A stretch of DNA of 58,777 bases, the filler included, from Squatina squatina (Eukaryota): assembly GCA_031763465.1 (NCBI GenBank). It is 3 parts of 3 records of this genome, joined end to end, with 100 filler letters (N's around TTAATTAATTAA, not from the genome) between each part and the next. Parts side by side here need not be neighbours in the genome. Positions count along the whole stretch, not along the records: positions 1 to 17,726 come from JARFOE010000176.1; 2 more parts are not named here. One strand, written 5' to 3'. The notes under the pieces are model-generated. The model worked only from the letters and a program-made list of their open reading frames with translations. It had not been told where the DNA came from and did not search any database. The position numbers and the translations under genes were made by a program. Below, one piece after another: positions 1 to 11,334 of this stretch; the first letter of the stretch is position 1, and each line of letters opens with the position of its first letter.

Positions 1-11
1 TAAAAACTCAC

Positions 12-107
12 CTTATTACAACATCATATTCATCAATTCTTGATCCAAGGGATTTGTTGGCCACTATTCCGCCATTGCCCATGATGATGCATCGCTTGCA
101 GCTTAAA
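12..107 (-). CDS. ST3GAL3: ST3GAL3 (alpha-2,3-sialyltransferase III) internal exon, start of sialylmotif L
   Basis: Minus-strand 96-nt exon between ttttcag and gtgagt. It translates LSCKRCIIMGNGGIVANKSLGSRIDEYDVVIR, matching recalled human ST3GAL3 LRCRRCIIVGNGGVLANKSLGSRIDDYDIVVR. Confidence 0.93.
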
Positions 108-1272
108 CTGAAAAAGTCAAAGGTTTATCATTAACTGTACCTAAAAGTTTCTAATGAAATGCTAAATTTCAATGTCAAACCAAAATTTGCACTGCAGTTC
201 TGATGGTCATCATATTATTGCCATTGTTAATAGAGGAATAATACAAATTTCTATTGATTCCACTGTCAGTGGTTATGGAGGCCCCCACTGTAGGGCCATG
301 GCTTAAAAAGTGTACTGTGTTGTCATATGCTAAAGGCAGGAAAAGAAACTGGCTCCATTTCACCATTTGAAGTGCTGTTGCCTTATCCCAGTGAGCAGGG
401 ATGAACTCCATATAGTTAAGATAGTGAGTAACCCTTACCCTGCAGTGCTAGATAACAAATGTGGTGACTAGTGGTTTAAACCTTAACTTGTTGAACAATC
501 AAACTGCATAACTTGTATGCATTACATTGCATTTAACTTGAAAAAGCTGTACATTTGAAACCAATCTAAATGTACAACTAGTGATGTAAATAAGCTGGTG
601 CATAATATTTATATAAGTGGAAACCCAAATATATTGTAAACCCCCATGCCTGGTAAAGTCTTATTTATACAGAAACAAATATATTTAATATGTGATTTCA
701 CATATTAATTGAGAAAAAAGTGCAAACATTTTGATAGGTTGGACAGTGATCATTTTTAGCGTAGAAGTAGGGAGTCCCCTAGCAAAACGTTTTATCAACT
801 CATTAGGCAAATGGGAAACAAGACAACAGCTGAATATGACTCAATTTTTTCTTAAAACACAGAACCATGACCTGGTAATTAGAGGAACATTAGTTTGACA
901 GATATGGTAGGAAAATAAAGTTTATTATACAGGAAACAAATCAAAAGCAACGAGGGAGAGTAAAGGAAATAAATACAAACCAATATGGAATTAGAAAAAG
1001 CAGGTTGTGCCCAACAGGTTTATTAAAAGCTTTGAGGATGCACCATAGCTGCTGGATGAAGGCAAATGGGTGGATGTCATTTATCTTGCCTTGAGAAAGC
1101 ACTTGANNNNNNNNNNNNNNNNNNNNNNNNNNNNNNNNNNNNNNNNNNNNNNNNNNNNNNNNNNNNNNNNNNNNNNNNNNNNNNNNNNNNNNNNNNNNNN
1201 NNNNNNTTCACGCAAAATTCCCATGTCACAGAATTCAAAATCAGGGTTCCAAACCTTTTGCTGCAACAGTAC

Positions 1273-1367
1273 CTTGCCCTTTGATTCCAAATGGAGGAAC
1301 AAAGTCTTTGAGTTTCAACCATCGTTTAAAGGTGTTATCGAGAAACATTGGTGCTGGTTTTGAGAAT
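1273..1367 (-). CDS. ST3GAL3: ST3GAL3 internal exon
   Basis: Minus-strand 95-nt exon between tgtttcag and gtactg. It translates (R)FSKPAPMFLDNTFKRWLKLKDFVPPFGIKGQ, matching human RFSKPAPMFLDDSFRKWARIREFVPPFGIKGQ. Confidence 0.93.
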
Positions 1368-1539
1368 CTGAAACACAAGACAAAAGAAAAAGTCAAAAGC
1401 GCAACAATGATAAAATACTTTCTGATGTGTTCTTTGTATTACTGCAGCATTGCTTATATAACAAATGATTTGTAATGCTACAGGTCTTATTATGTTTTCC
1501 TGTTGTTCACTATTCCAGAATTACACTGGAATGCAAAGA

Positions 1540-2102
1540 TAAACCCAGCTTCTATTCTCCACTGCTAACTGTCTTCTTAAACCCCTCTCTCCTGATCCTC
1601 CACCCTTATTTACGACAAGTGTGAGGAGATCATGGGCTTCTTTGTCTCTAAGATTGAGACCATGCATGCAGCTGCCTCTGCCACTTCCCTTCCTTCCCCT
1701 AGCCCACTGGACCAAACTTCCTCTAAGCTTGTTTGAGGAACAACCCTGAACACACATCTTTCTCCAGTTTCTCTCCAATCTCCCCTCATGACCTCACCGT
1801 GCTCATCTTGTCCATGAGACTCACTTCCTGCTCCCGCAACCCTATTCCCACCAAATTGCTGACCATTCAACTTCCTTTTCTGGCTCCCATGTCAGCTGAC
1901 ATTGTTAAAAGTTCTCTCTCCTCAGGTAACGTGCCCCTCTCCCTCAAATCTGCCGTCACCACCCCCTCCTCAAAAAAACAGTCCTTGATCCCTCTCTGTC
2001 CTAGCAAACTACCATCCCATCTCCAACCTCTGTTTCCTCTCCAAAGTCCTTGAAGTTCAAAGTCCTCCAAATCTGTTTCCTGCAATTACATGTTTGAGTC
2101 CC
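1540..2102 (+). mobile_element. Decayed L2-clade LINE ORF2 fragment
   Basis: ORF 1733-2053 reads SMRLTSCSRNPIPTKLLT...DIVKSSLSSGNVPLSLKSAVTTP, resembling the L2 pre-RT block (C.LDPIPT.LL...IN.SL.SG.VP..K.A..P). Confidence 0.75.
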
Positions 2103-3137
2103 NNNNNNNNNNNNNNNNNNNNNNNNNNNNNNNNNNNNNNNNNNNNNNNNNNNNNNNNNNNNNNNNNNNNNNNNNNNNNNNNNNNNNNNNNNNNNNNNNN
2201 NNTGTTGTAAAATATTGTTGAAACATACTTTAAAAGGTTGGGATTTCAGCACCTGAACAAAAACATCAGTCTAAAGCGATTCTAAACATGCCCTGGCACT
2301 TACTAAAATTAGACAAATTGTTAAAACATTGGTTCATGTTTAATTGATATTTAACACTTCAGTTCTTGTTCGGCATCCATACAAACCTATGGATGGTGGC
2401 ATGATTTGTCTTTAATAAATAAAAGCTGATTTTAAAAATATGATCCATTCTGAAAATAATTAAGATGGCACTTAAGGTTAGTATACAGAGTAAAAACTTC
2501 TGAAGTTCCAAATTCTGAATCTCAAAGGTTGAATGTTTGGTAATAAATTGTGCCTGAAATCACTACGAGATAGCGTGACAGAGCTGAATAAAGCAGCTGT
2601 ACAAGCACTTTGTTAATACAGCTTAGAAGGCAAAGGTTCCACTTCAGTAAACAGGCCTATGCCACACAGAGTAAATACTTCTGACAGCACTAACATCAAA
2701 ACAATTCAAATATGCCAGACAAAAGGACAGGCAACAGATCCAAGTGTCAGAGTTTCAGCTTTTCTCAACACCCTTTTTTTCTGGTTAACGGCATGCAACA
2801 GTTTTCGTAAGTACAATCTCCGATGAGCCAAATCTAGTGTCTTCATTCTCTTGCACTGAGATTTATGTAGCCCAGGGACAACAACTACCATTCACGTTAA
2901 GCTGTTAACTGGGAAAATGTATTGGATGCCAGTAAGTTTCCTGTCAATTCAAACAATGGAAAAAACATTAAGACCACCTTGTACAGGCTGAACTACTGTC
3001 CAGATTATTTTGCAATCAAAATAAATCTCAAAACCAAAGAAAACATAAGCAAGATAACTTACTGCATAATCTGGCTAACTGTGTAAAAAATGTTCAGCGT
3101 TCTTCCAGTTTCTTTCCGCAAGCTTTTAGAAAGACAC

Positions 3138-3507
3138 TGGCCCAGAATTTGCGGTCCGGATGATGGCAAACTGGCAGCGTTCGCAGTCATTACACCGTTG
3201 AAACTATTTGGCCCATGAAGTTGCCGTCTGTCATTGACAGCTCCAAAACAGGCTGCGCTGTGCTCCCCCTCCCCATCGAGCCGGCAATCTCTGTAATCAG
3301 TCAAATCAGGGAAACTGACGAAAACTTCAGCTCTTCTGCATTAAGTACGCTATTAAATTCCCCACGAAAGTTAGACCCAAAGGGATTAGGTGTAACTGGG
3401 GTTTTTAGGTCAGATGATCGGAAAACCCGAAGGGATCACGTGATCCTTGTGCGGAGTGTACTTTGGTGAATGGCTTCGCTTCACTGCTGACGCTAAATTC
3501 AGGGCCA
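3138..3507. mobile_element. Non-autonomous TIR element (MITE-like)
   Basis: TGGCCCAGAATTT at 3138-3150 and AAATTCAGGGCCA at 3495-3507 are a 12/13 inverted repeat around a CpG-richer interior. Confidence 0.6.
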
Positions 3508-4059
3508 ATATCCCACGATACGTAGGCAAGTGTTGCTCATGGAGCCCCATATACCTTCCTGGTATACATTAGAGCAAAGATACACAAGAAGATTCCTGAG
3601 TTATGAAGATGTTTTGCCTTAGAAGCTTTTGGGAGCAGCCAAATTAACAACATTGGTAATCACACAATGCCCTGCAATGGGTGTATATCCTTTCTGGCAT
3701 TTTTCATCACTGTTTTCACACCCAGCCCAATTTTATTCCCCATTGAAGGCACCGGAGAGTAATAACGGGCAGGGTGTTAATCCAGCGCTCCGCCCGATCC
3801 CGTGGGTTTGCCAATGGTGAGTTAAGTTAAAATCACCCCCCATTATGTCTGCAAACCAACGCATTATGGAAAGAGGAACTCATGCCCCAGTGTGGAAATA
3901 TTAAAATGAAACTCTTGCGCACTTGAGGCGGTCACTTCCACTGCCGTTGATCTTCGCCCATTGGAAAGTATGTCTGGACACCAGCGCAGTGCAGCTCACA
4001 TCGGGCGGGGTGCGACTTCCCCCAATTTGGTAGGAAAGATTCGGGCTTTAATTGGGGGG

Positions 4060-4653
4060 AACATAAGAACTGGAGTAGGCCATTCAGCCCCTCGGGCCTG
4101 TTCCATCAGTCAGTCAGATCGTGGCTCACCTGTAACTTCGCTCCATTGATGGTAATTAGGCAATCTCTCTTGGGATGGTTGGAAAGGCTTATATCCCATG
4201 TCATAGTGGAACAGGAGGAGGCCATTTAGCTCCTCGAGCCTGTTCTGCCATTCAATTATACCTTGGCCGATCTGTAACTAAACTCCATTTACTCACCTTG
4301 GTTCCGTGACTCAAAACTTATCTCAGTTTTGAAATTTACAATGGACCTCCTCAGCCTCATTGGCTTTTTGGAGGAGAGAGTTCCAGATTTCCACTAGCCC
4401 ATGTGTGAAGAAGTGCTCCCTGACCTCAGTCCTGAATGGCCTCGCTCTAATGCCCCCTTGTTCTGGACTCCCCCCATCAGGGGAAATAGTTTCTCTCTAT
4501 CTACCCTCGCAAATCCTTTCATCATCCGAAACACCTCAATAAGATCACCGCTTAATCTTCTATATTCAAGGCAACAGAAGCCTCGTCTATACAACCTGTC
4601 CACGTAATTTAACCTTTTTAGCCCCAATATCATTCTGGTGAATCTGAGAGGAG
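4060..4653 (-). mobile_element. CR1 LINE 3' end (with a duplicated 3' tail)
   Basis: Minus ORF RRLSGDLIEVFRMMKGFARVDREKLFPL is the CR1 ORF2 C-terminus. The tail motif ggagtaggccattcagccc is shared with other copies in the window. Confidence 0.85.
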
Positions 4654-4817
4654 NNNNNNNNNNNNNNNNNNNNNNNNNNNNNNNNNNNNNNNNNNNNNNN
4701 NNNNNNNNNNNNNNNNNNNNNNNNNNNNNNNNNNNNNNNNNNNNNNNNNNNNNTAAAAATATGTATAAAAAAAATATAGAATGGCATAGAAACCTGGAGA
4801 ATTTTTTTGTGTCAATG

Positions 4818-5220
4818 TTAGCTCAGTGATCGCACTCACATCTCATTTAGAAATCCCACTCCAAAGTACATAATCTCGGCTATCACTTCAGTGCAGACCG
4901 AGGAAGTGCTGTGCTGTTGAAGGTGCCATCTTTCAAATGAGACTTTTAACCAAGGCTCCATCTATCCTCTCGGTTGAATGTAAATGGCAATATTCAAAAA
5001 GGACGGGGAAGTTATCCTGGCCAATTTTTACCAATCAATCAACACCACTATACAGATTATTTGGTCATTCATCTCTTCACTGTTTGTGGGATCTTACTGT
5101 GTGCAAATTACCTGCCACACATGCCTACATTACAGTGGTGACTACACTTCAAAAGGCTGTGGAGTGCTTTGGGAATCCCTGAAAGGTGCTGTATAAAAGT
5201 AAGTTCTTTCTTTTCTTTCT
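4818..5220 (+). mobile_element. Deu-domain SINE (SacSINE1/AmnSINE1-like) with L2-type tail
   Basis: tRNA-like head (tagctcagtg), core ctgtttgtgggatctt.ctgtg.gcaaatt, and tail gactacacttcaaaag...gtataaa.g.aagttctttc. The same blocks recur at about 11.2, 16.7, 31.3 and 58.3 kb. Confidence 0.7.
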
Positions 5221-6769
5221 TTCCAACTTGCAGAGATACACAAGCATTGATTAGTCTGCTACTGTTCTGCTCATACTGGGAGTGGTTTCACTGGTCCTTT
5301 CTGGCCTAATGCTGTATTCTGCAGCACCCAATTCAGATGCAATGTACTCATTTAAGTCCAAATTCTCCAGACACCATGTGTCTCCATAAATTCAGTTCAT
5401 ACCACGGGAGTGGACAAGCTCAAGTTGTTATCTAAATTCTAAGATGTTGTATGCAGTTGCTTGCTATGCCATGATGATTTATTAGTATATATTTTTGCTC
5501 TGGGTAATGAGAATATTTTTCATTCCCACAGAAACATTTACAGCAATTCAACTGAGTTTTAAAAATGGCAACCTCTGTAGGATAGAGGACAACTGGGCAA
5601 ATTTCATTCAACTTTAAGGAATGGAATTCACTTTGTTCAAAATCCTCATAGTTCAACTTCAAGAGTCAAACTCACCACAGTCACTACAGTTGCTGAAGCC
5701 ATTAGTTAAACAAGAAAATACTTCGCTCTTGTGAGATTAAGAGCTATTTTGACCCAGACCTGACTGACTGTTCCACTGGGACCAACAATTCAATAGACAA
5801 ACAAAGCTAAACTTTATTATTAGGGAGTTTTATATCCTCACGTTTCCCCATTGGGACACAATGCCTTAGGGGAATATCATGACAGGGGTAGAAATCATTT
5901 TAAAAGTTCTGAATTGTTTATCAATTGTGTCAATAAAAAGAGTTTCCACTCTGCCTTGCATTTACCCTTTGCGTCAAGAGTGTGTATTTATCATCCACGT
6001 AACCTCTGCAAAAATCCACCACGCCTCCTAANNNNNNNNNNNNNNNNNNNNNNNNNNNNNNNNNNNNNNNNNNNNNNNNNNNNNNNNNNNNNNNNNNNNN
6101 NNNNNNNNNNNNNNNNNNNNNNNNNNNNNNNGGGACGCTGCAACTGGCCATCTGTGGAGGTGAAGAATGCAAAGCTGCAAACCTACCAGACCACCAGGTA
6201 CTTTCGTAGATTTTTTGCAGGTCCGTGGCAGCCGCCCGTGGGAAGCCTCTGATCGCAATTTCTACCCCAGCCTTTTCCTTGGATTCACCACTCCCAGTTT
6301 TTAAAAACTATTTTCTCCCATGGTACAGGTTCTTTGTCACCACAAGTCACATGTTATTCCACAACCAAGAGGGCATACAGGTGATGAGTTATTTTTCTAA
6401 AATTAGCTGTTATATAAATTCTTGCTGAAATTCAATCATCCAACCTTTTTCTGTTTAATTCTTTCATAAACAACCATAATGGCACTGGAAGTATCAGGGA
6501 TTGCAGAGAAAGCCACATTCTCCAGCAATGCACAATGTAGTGCATCAGTATGCTGCACTGCTCTGCCTTTTCAACTTTCAGGCCACATGCCAAAGAGTTA
6601 CAGCTTTTCTTCTCCAGAATACAAGCCAGGACCCACTTATGCGTCCAAATGTCAACTACCCAAGAAGTCAGAGAGCAAATGCAAATTCAGTTGTACTATT
6701 TTGCTGTAGTATTTGAATTCTGCCAGTATATACTGCTAAAGTTGTACAAACATACTTGTAGCACTTATA

Positions 6770-6872
6770 AAGAAAGACTTGCATTTATATAGCGCCTTTC
6801 GCGGCCATTGGACGTCCCAAAGCGCTTTACAGCCAATGAAGTACTTTTAAAAGTGTAGTCACTGTTGTAATG
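6770..6872 (-). mobile_element. Deu-domain SINE 3' tail fragment
   Basis: aagacttgcatttatatagcgcc...gtacttttaaaagtgtagtcactgttgtaa is the reverse complement of the tail at 31400-31497. Confidence 0.7.
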
Positions 6873-7559
6873 AGAAGAAATAGAGTGCTACAATAGTCAA
6901 AATGCTATTCAGTATTTCTAATGTTCCCCGTATTTTCCAGGTTTTACTTTTTTCAAGATAGAATGGTTTATAAAGACCAGCGATTAAGTATCCAGACAAG
7001 CGATTTTGCTCATATCTAGAATGCTTGTTCTGGGATCATAGTACAATTATCAAAATTGTATTTCAGATTCAGGGAGCATTTACTTGGTCAAGAAATACCT
7101 GAAAAAATTGATGACAAGCTCTGGCCTGTCTGACTTCTGACAGATATCTTCTTCTGGACCTGGGTAACAGGTCATTGGATTCTCAGTCCCAGGATGCTTC
7201 TGGAACTCCAAAGATGCTCCATTCACTTAAAAATTCTCTTTTTGACTACTTAAAAAAAAAACATGTGGGTGAGAAGGATCATGTGAGTCATTGGTTAGAG
7301 ACTCCTGCTATTGGCATTTTCTTTAAATATTATGCACATATGTTTATAGTGATTTTGCACCATTCACATATTCATAAATCTTGTCCCTGCAACGCTTGCC
7401 AATTTACTTCCTTCATCTCCTCTTTGCCAGTATACAGTTCCAAAGGCATCACGTACCCTCCAGTACTTCATCCAAATGTCAATTATTTTACCTTCGACAG
7501 CATCAACAGCTGAGCCTTATTCCATCGTCACCCGATGTCTAAGCACACAATTCCAGGAC

Positions 7560-7705
7560 AGATCATTGGACAGCGGGCAAGAGTAGGCACCTTGGCCAAT
7601 TTTCGCTTCCTAATCTACAAGCACTGAGAGCAATCGCAGTCCCACTTTTTTCTGCCAGGTGAGATCAGCTAACACAGCACAGACCTGGGATTGAACCTGG
7701 AACTT
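7560..7705 (-). mobile_element. Second tRNA-derived SINE family, fragment
   Basis: gagatcagctaacacagcacagacctgggattgaacctgg is the reverse complement of the B-box-like head at about 20240, 23615 and 44215. Confidence 0.55.
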
Positions 7706-8869
7706 TTCTATATGGCCATCTATTCACTGGCTGCAGTGCATTTCTGACATTGCACAGCACTTTTGAATACATCTACGGCCCTGTAAATTTTCTCAAGAAA
7801 AAATCACGGTTATTAAGCAGCAAAATGACAGCAAGACTAATCTGCTCCAGTATCAGCATTACCAAACACTCCCAACTACAAATTGTCTAATCTCCCATTT
7901 TAATTAATATTTAAAAGCTACATTAATTGTTCATTTTTTCACACAGCATTGCAATTTTCTAGATTACAGCACTTGTTCCATGCCTTTCCTTTTTTCTTCT
8001 GCTTAAGCATTAATTATAAGAAACAACCTGAATCACCCAACTCCTAAACATCTCAGTAACTGGCGTTATTGCAGCCACTGCTCCTTCACTGCAAAAAGTT
8101 ATCTTGTCTGTCAATCCACCTCTCTCCCACTTTCCACACTGTTAATTGGATAGTATGTTTTGTACTTTGAATCTACATGTACCTTGGGTGTCCAATCACT
8201 CAACACATAATAAATCATACAAACAGTCGGCCGACCACACTGGCTCCAGAGGCTGAATCCTCATTCTCCAACACAGCAGCGAAGAAATTGGAGAATACAT
8301 CAGGTAAAAGAGCAGAGTGGCAATTTTTCTGATATTGAATAGACAGCAGGTCAGATCTGCTATTCTTTCCAGTGCCTAGGGACAGATACTAGAGAAGCCT
8401 TTATAGCCAGGCATGTTAATACCTATTCTTCAGTGTTTGTATCCACACATCAGAGGCTATGTACCTATTAGTTTTTTGATGTATAATTTATTGCGATTCA
8501 ATCAGGTAGCATCTCTTACTTGAAGTTTTTTTTTTAAACTGGTGAGCGAAACTTGATCCAAGCTATGAAGAAGAACTTGAGAGGTTGAGTATACACATAA
8601 AAGGCTTAGATATCACTAATGTATAATATATATTTAAGAAAACAGCCATTAAAATGTCAGTGAATGCTGATGGAAAATGGAGATCATCAGCTTTATGTAC
8701 ATTTAATAAAAGCAGTATAGATAAAAACTTGTATAAAATCCATGTAATGAGTTTCTTGTCAGGCAGGAATTCTTGAAACTTGCTGAGTGCTTCATTTGGA
8801 AAAGATTAGGTCATTCTGATAAAGAAACTAATTACCTTTAAAAATTATGTTCAATTCCAGGATCTGCAA

Positions 8870-9282
8870 TAGGGAAAGACTCACATCGATAGAGTACCTT
8901 AGCACATCTGTAAGAAATATTTCAAAGCACTGCACTGAAGTGCAATAATAGTTGTTAGGTAACTACATCAGTTTGCCCACAGTAACATCCTATAAATGGT
9001 TAGATACATGCCCAGTGAATCTGTTTTGGTGATGCTGGTTGAGGAAGGAATGGTGAACCCTGCTGTTTTACGAATAGTGCCACAGGATCTTCAATGCTCA
9101 CCTAAACCACAGGAACAGGCAAGTAAGGCCTAAGGTTAATATCTCACTCAATGGATGGCAACTCAGGCAATTCAATACTCCAACAGTACTGGACTAGAGA
9201 GTCAGCCTATATTAACAGCTCAAGTCCTGGAGTGGAGCTTAAACCAACAAGCTTCTGATTCAGAAGTCAGAATGCTACCAAC
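8870..9282 (-). mobile_element. Old Deu-domain SINE copy
   Basis: Degenerate reverse complement of the SINE at 4818-5220 (gaatagtgccacaggatcttcaatgctcacct...cagtactggactagagagtcagcct). Confidence 0.55.
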
Positions 9283-10739
9283 NNNNNNNNNNNNNNNNNN
9301 NNNNNNNNNNNNNNNNNNNNNNNNNNNNNNNNNNNNNNNNNNNNNNNNNNNNNNNNNNNNNNNNNNNNNNNNNNNNNNNNNNACAGACATCTGTCCTACA
9401 ATGTTTATTAAATCTCCTCTCCCATTACCTTTTTCACCATCGGTGTTAGAGGTGAGGCAGACAAATACCATGTTAGCCAAATTTTCTTTTAAACCATATC
9501 TTGGATTTTATACGACAGCTGTGACACGTAAAAGAAAACATACTGCACGGCTTCAATGCAGCTGATGTGAGCCAACAAAAGGAAGGCTGTCTCTCCCAAG
9601 TCAAAGCTCGGCTCTGACAAGAACCTTGTTTCCTTAAAGTGCTGATCTAATCACCGAAGTCTGCTCGATAGCACCATCTGTTCAAGGTAATGAATAAAGC
9701 AAGAGACCATTTCCAGATTCTAATAACTTTTAAACTGCAGTGGGCCTTTTTGTGAAGCCCTAAAGTCTCAGTTGTGCCTCTAATCAATTTCACAGACTGT
9801 AACAAAATACACAAAACATTTTACTATTTCACCTTTAGAACGTGCAATTTAGAGAACTTTTGATTCTTCCAGCAATAACCTTTGAGTGCGTATATGTCAA
9901 GAAGTTAAGTAGACACCAACTGACTGAAGGTGAAAATCCCGAGTAAATTACTGCTAGCAATTCAAATATAACTTGGCATATTTTAAAGAAAGTTTAAATT
10001 TAATTTTCAATGTCTTCTTATTGCACACGAAGAAGTATGATTTAAGAGATACTACTAGCAGTAAAGATCACAGTCCTCTAGGCATGCTATAGAAACACAG
10101 AAACTAGGAACAGGAGNNNNNNNNNNNNNNNNNNNNNNNNNNNNNNNNNNNNNNNNNNNNNNNNNNNNNNNNNNNNNNNNNNNNNNNNNNNNNNNNNNNN
10201 NNNNNNNNNNNNNNNNCTGAACTTACCGAATGTAGCTCAATGGGGGGTGGCAGGGAGCAAAAAGTCTGTCTTTCTGGATATCAGCATAGGCACAGCCATC
10301 TCCTCTGTTGTCCACCACTGAGTTCTCCAGTTCCCTAAGAGTTACCCACAAATTATATTTTCAGAACTTTCTAACATGAATGATCTATAAGCACTCCTAA
10401 TACAAATATTGATTCTGAAGCACTCGTAATAGTGCAATCATTAGTTTGGAACATGCCAATAACTAATCAACCATTTATTTCACCACCCCCTCTACAGAAA
10501 ACTGCATATCTATTTATTACAATACTTTAAAAAGTGGAATTGACTCAATATTTTTGTACACTTGCCACGTCATGTGATTTGCTAACCAAGTATTGCGATT
10601 TTACATTAAAAATCCTGGAAGTACTGAAAATACTAGTTTCTCAGCAGATCTGGCGGATAACAAATCACTTGCACAACAAATCAATGGTCTACCTATGTTT
10701 AATTGGGTATGTGCATGAGGCATTGCATGATTTGTTGTG

Positions 10740-11040
10740 GAAAACAACTACTACTAGCATTTATGTAAAATTTTTAACATAGAAAAATGATTGAAAGTGA
10801 TTCATAGAGGCATAATCAAGAAAATGGCAGCTGAGACAAAGAAGCAAATTTAGATGAGGTGACGAAAACTTGTTCAACAAGTAGCGTCTCAAAAGGAGCA
10901 GAGGGATGTGAAGAGTCAGAGGGGTTTAGGGAGGGAATTCGAGAGTGTGGGGCCTATAGGTGAAGGCACAGCTGCCAACGATGGGTAAAGGGTGAGGGGA
11001 GAATGGACAAGAGGCCAGAGTCAGAGGAAACAAAGTCCCA
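10740..11040 (-). mobile_element. L2 LINE 3' fragment
   Basis: Similar to the L2-type 3' region at 23850-24055 (ggtga.aaaa.ttg.tcaa.a.gtag...agaggggtttagggaggg). Confidence 0.5.
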
Positions 11041-11334
11041 AGGGGGCCCATCTACTCTCTCAGATAGACATAAAAGATTTCATGGCATTATTCGAAGAGG
11101 AGCAGGCGGAGTTCTTCAGCTGTCCTGGCCAATGGTTATTCATCAACCATATCACCAAAAAATAGATTATCTGGTTTTTATCTCATTGCTGTTTGTGGGA
11201 ACTTGCTGTGTAAAAAATTGGTTGCTGTGTTTCCCTATTTTACAACAGTAACTACACTTCAAAAATACTTCACTGGCTTTGGGACATCCTGAGGTTGCAA
11301 AAGGCACTACATAAGTGCAAGTTTTTTCTTTTTT
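11040..11334 (+). mobile_element. Deu-domain SINE, 3' half
   Basis: gcattattcgaagaggagcagg...gtcctggccaat...cattgctgtttgtgggaacttgctgtg...actacacttcaaaa. Confidence 0.7.

Noticed and set aside
175-411. 78-aa minus ORF containing LYYS, as in the ST3GAL3 signal anchor
   Set aside because: It lies between internal exons, which is the wrong position, and has no transmembrane match. Chance similarity.
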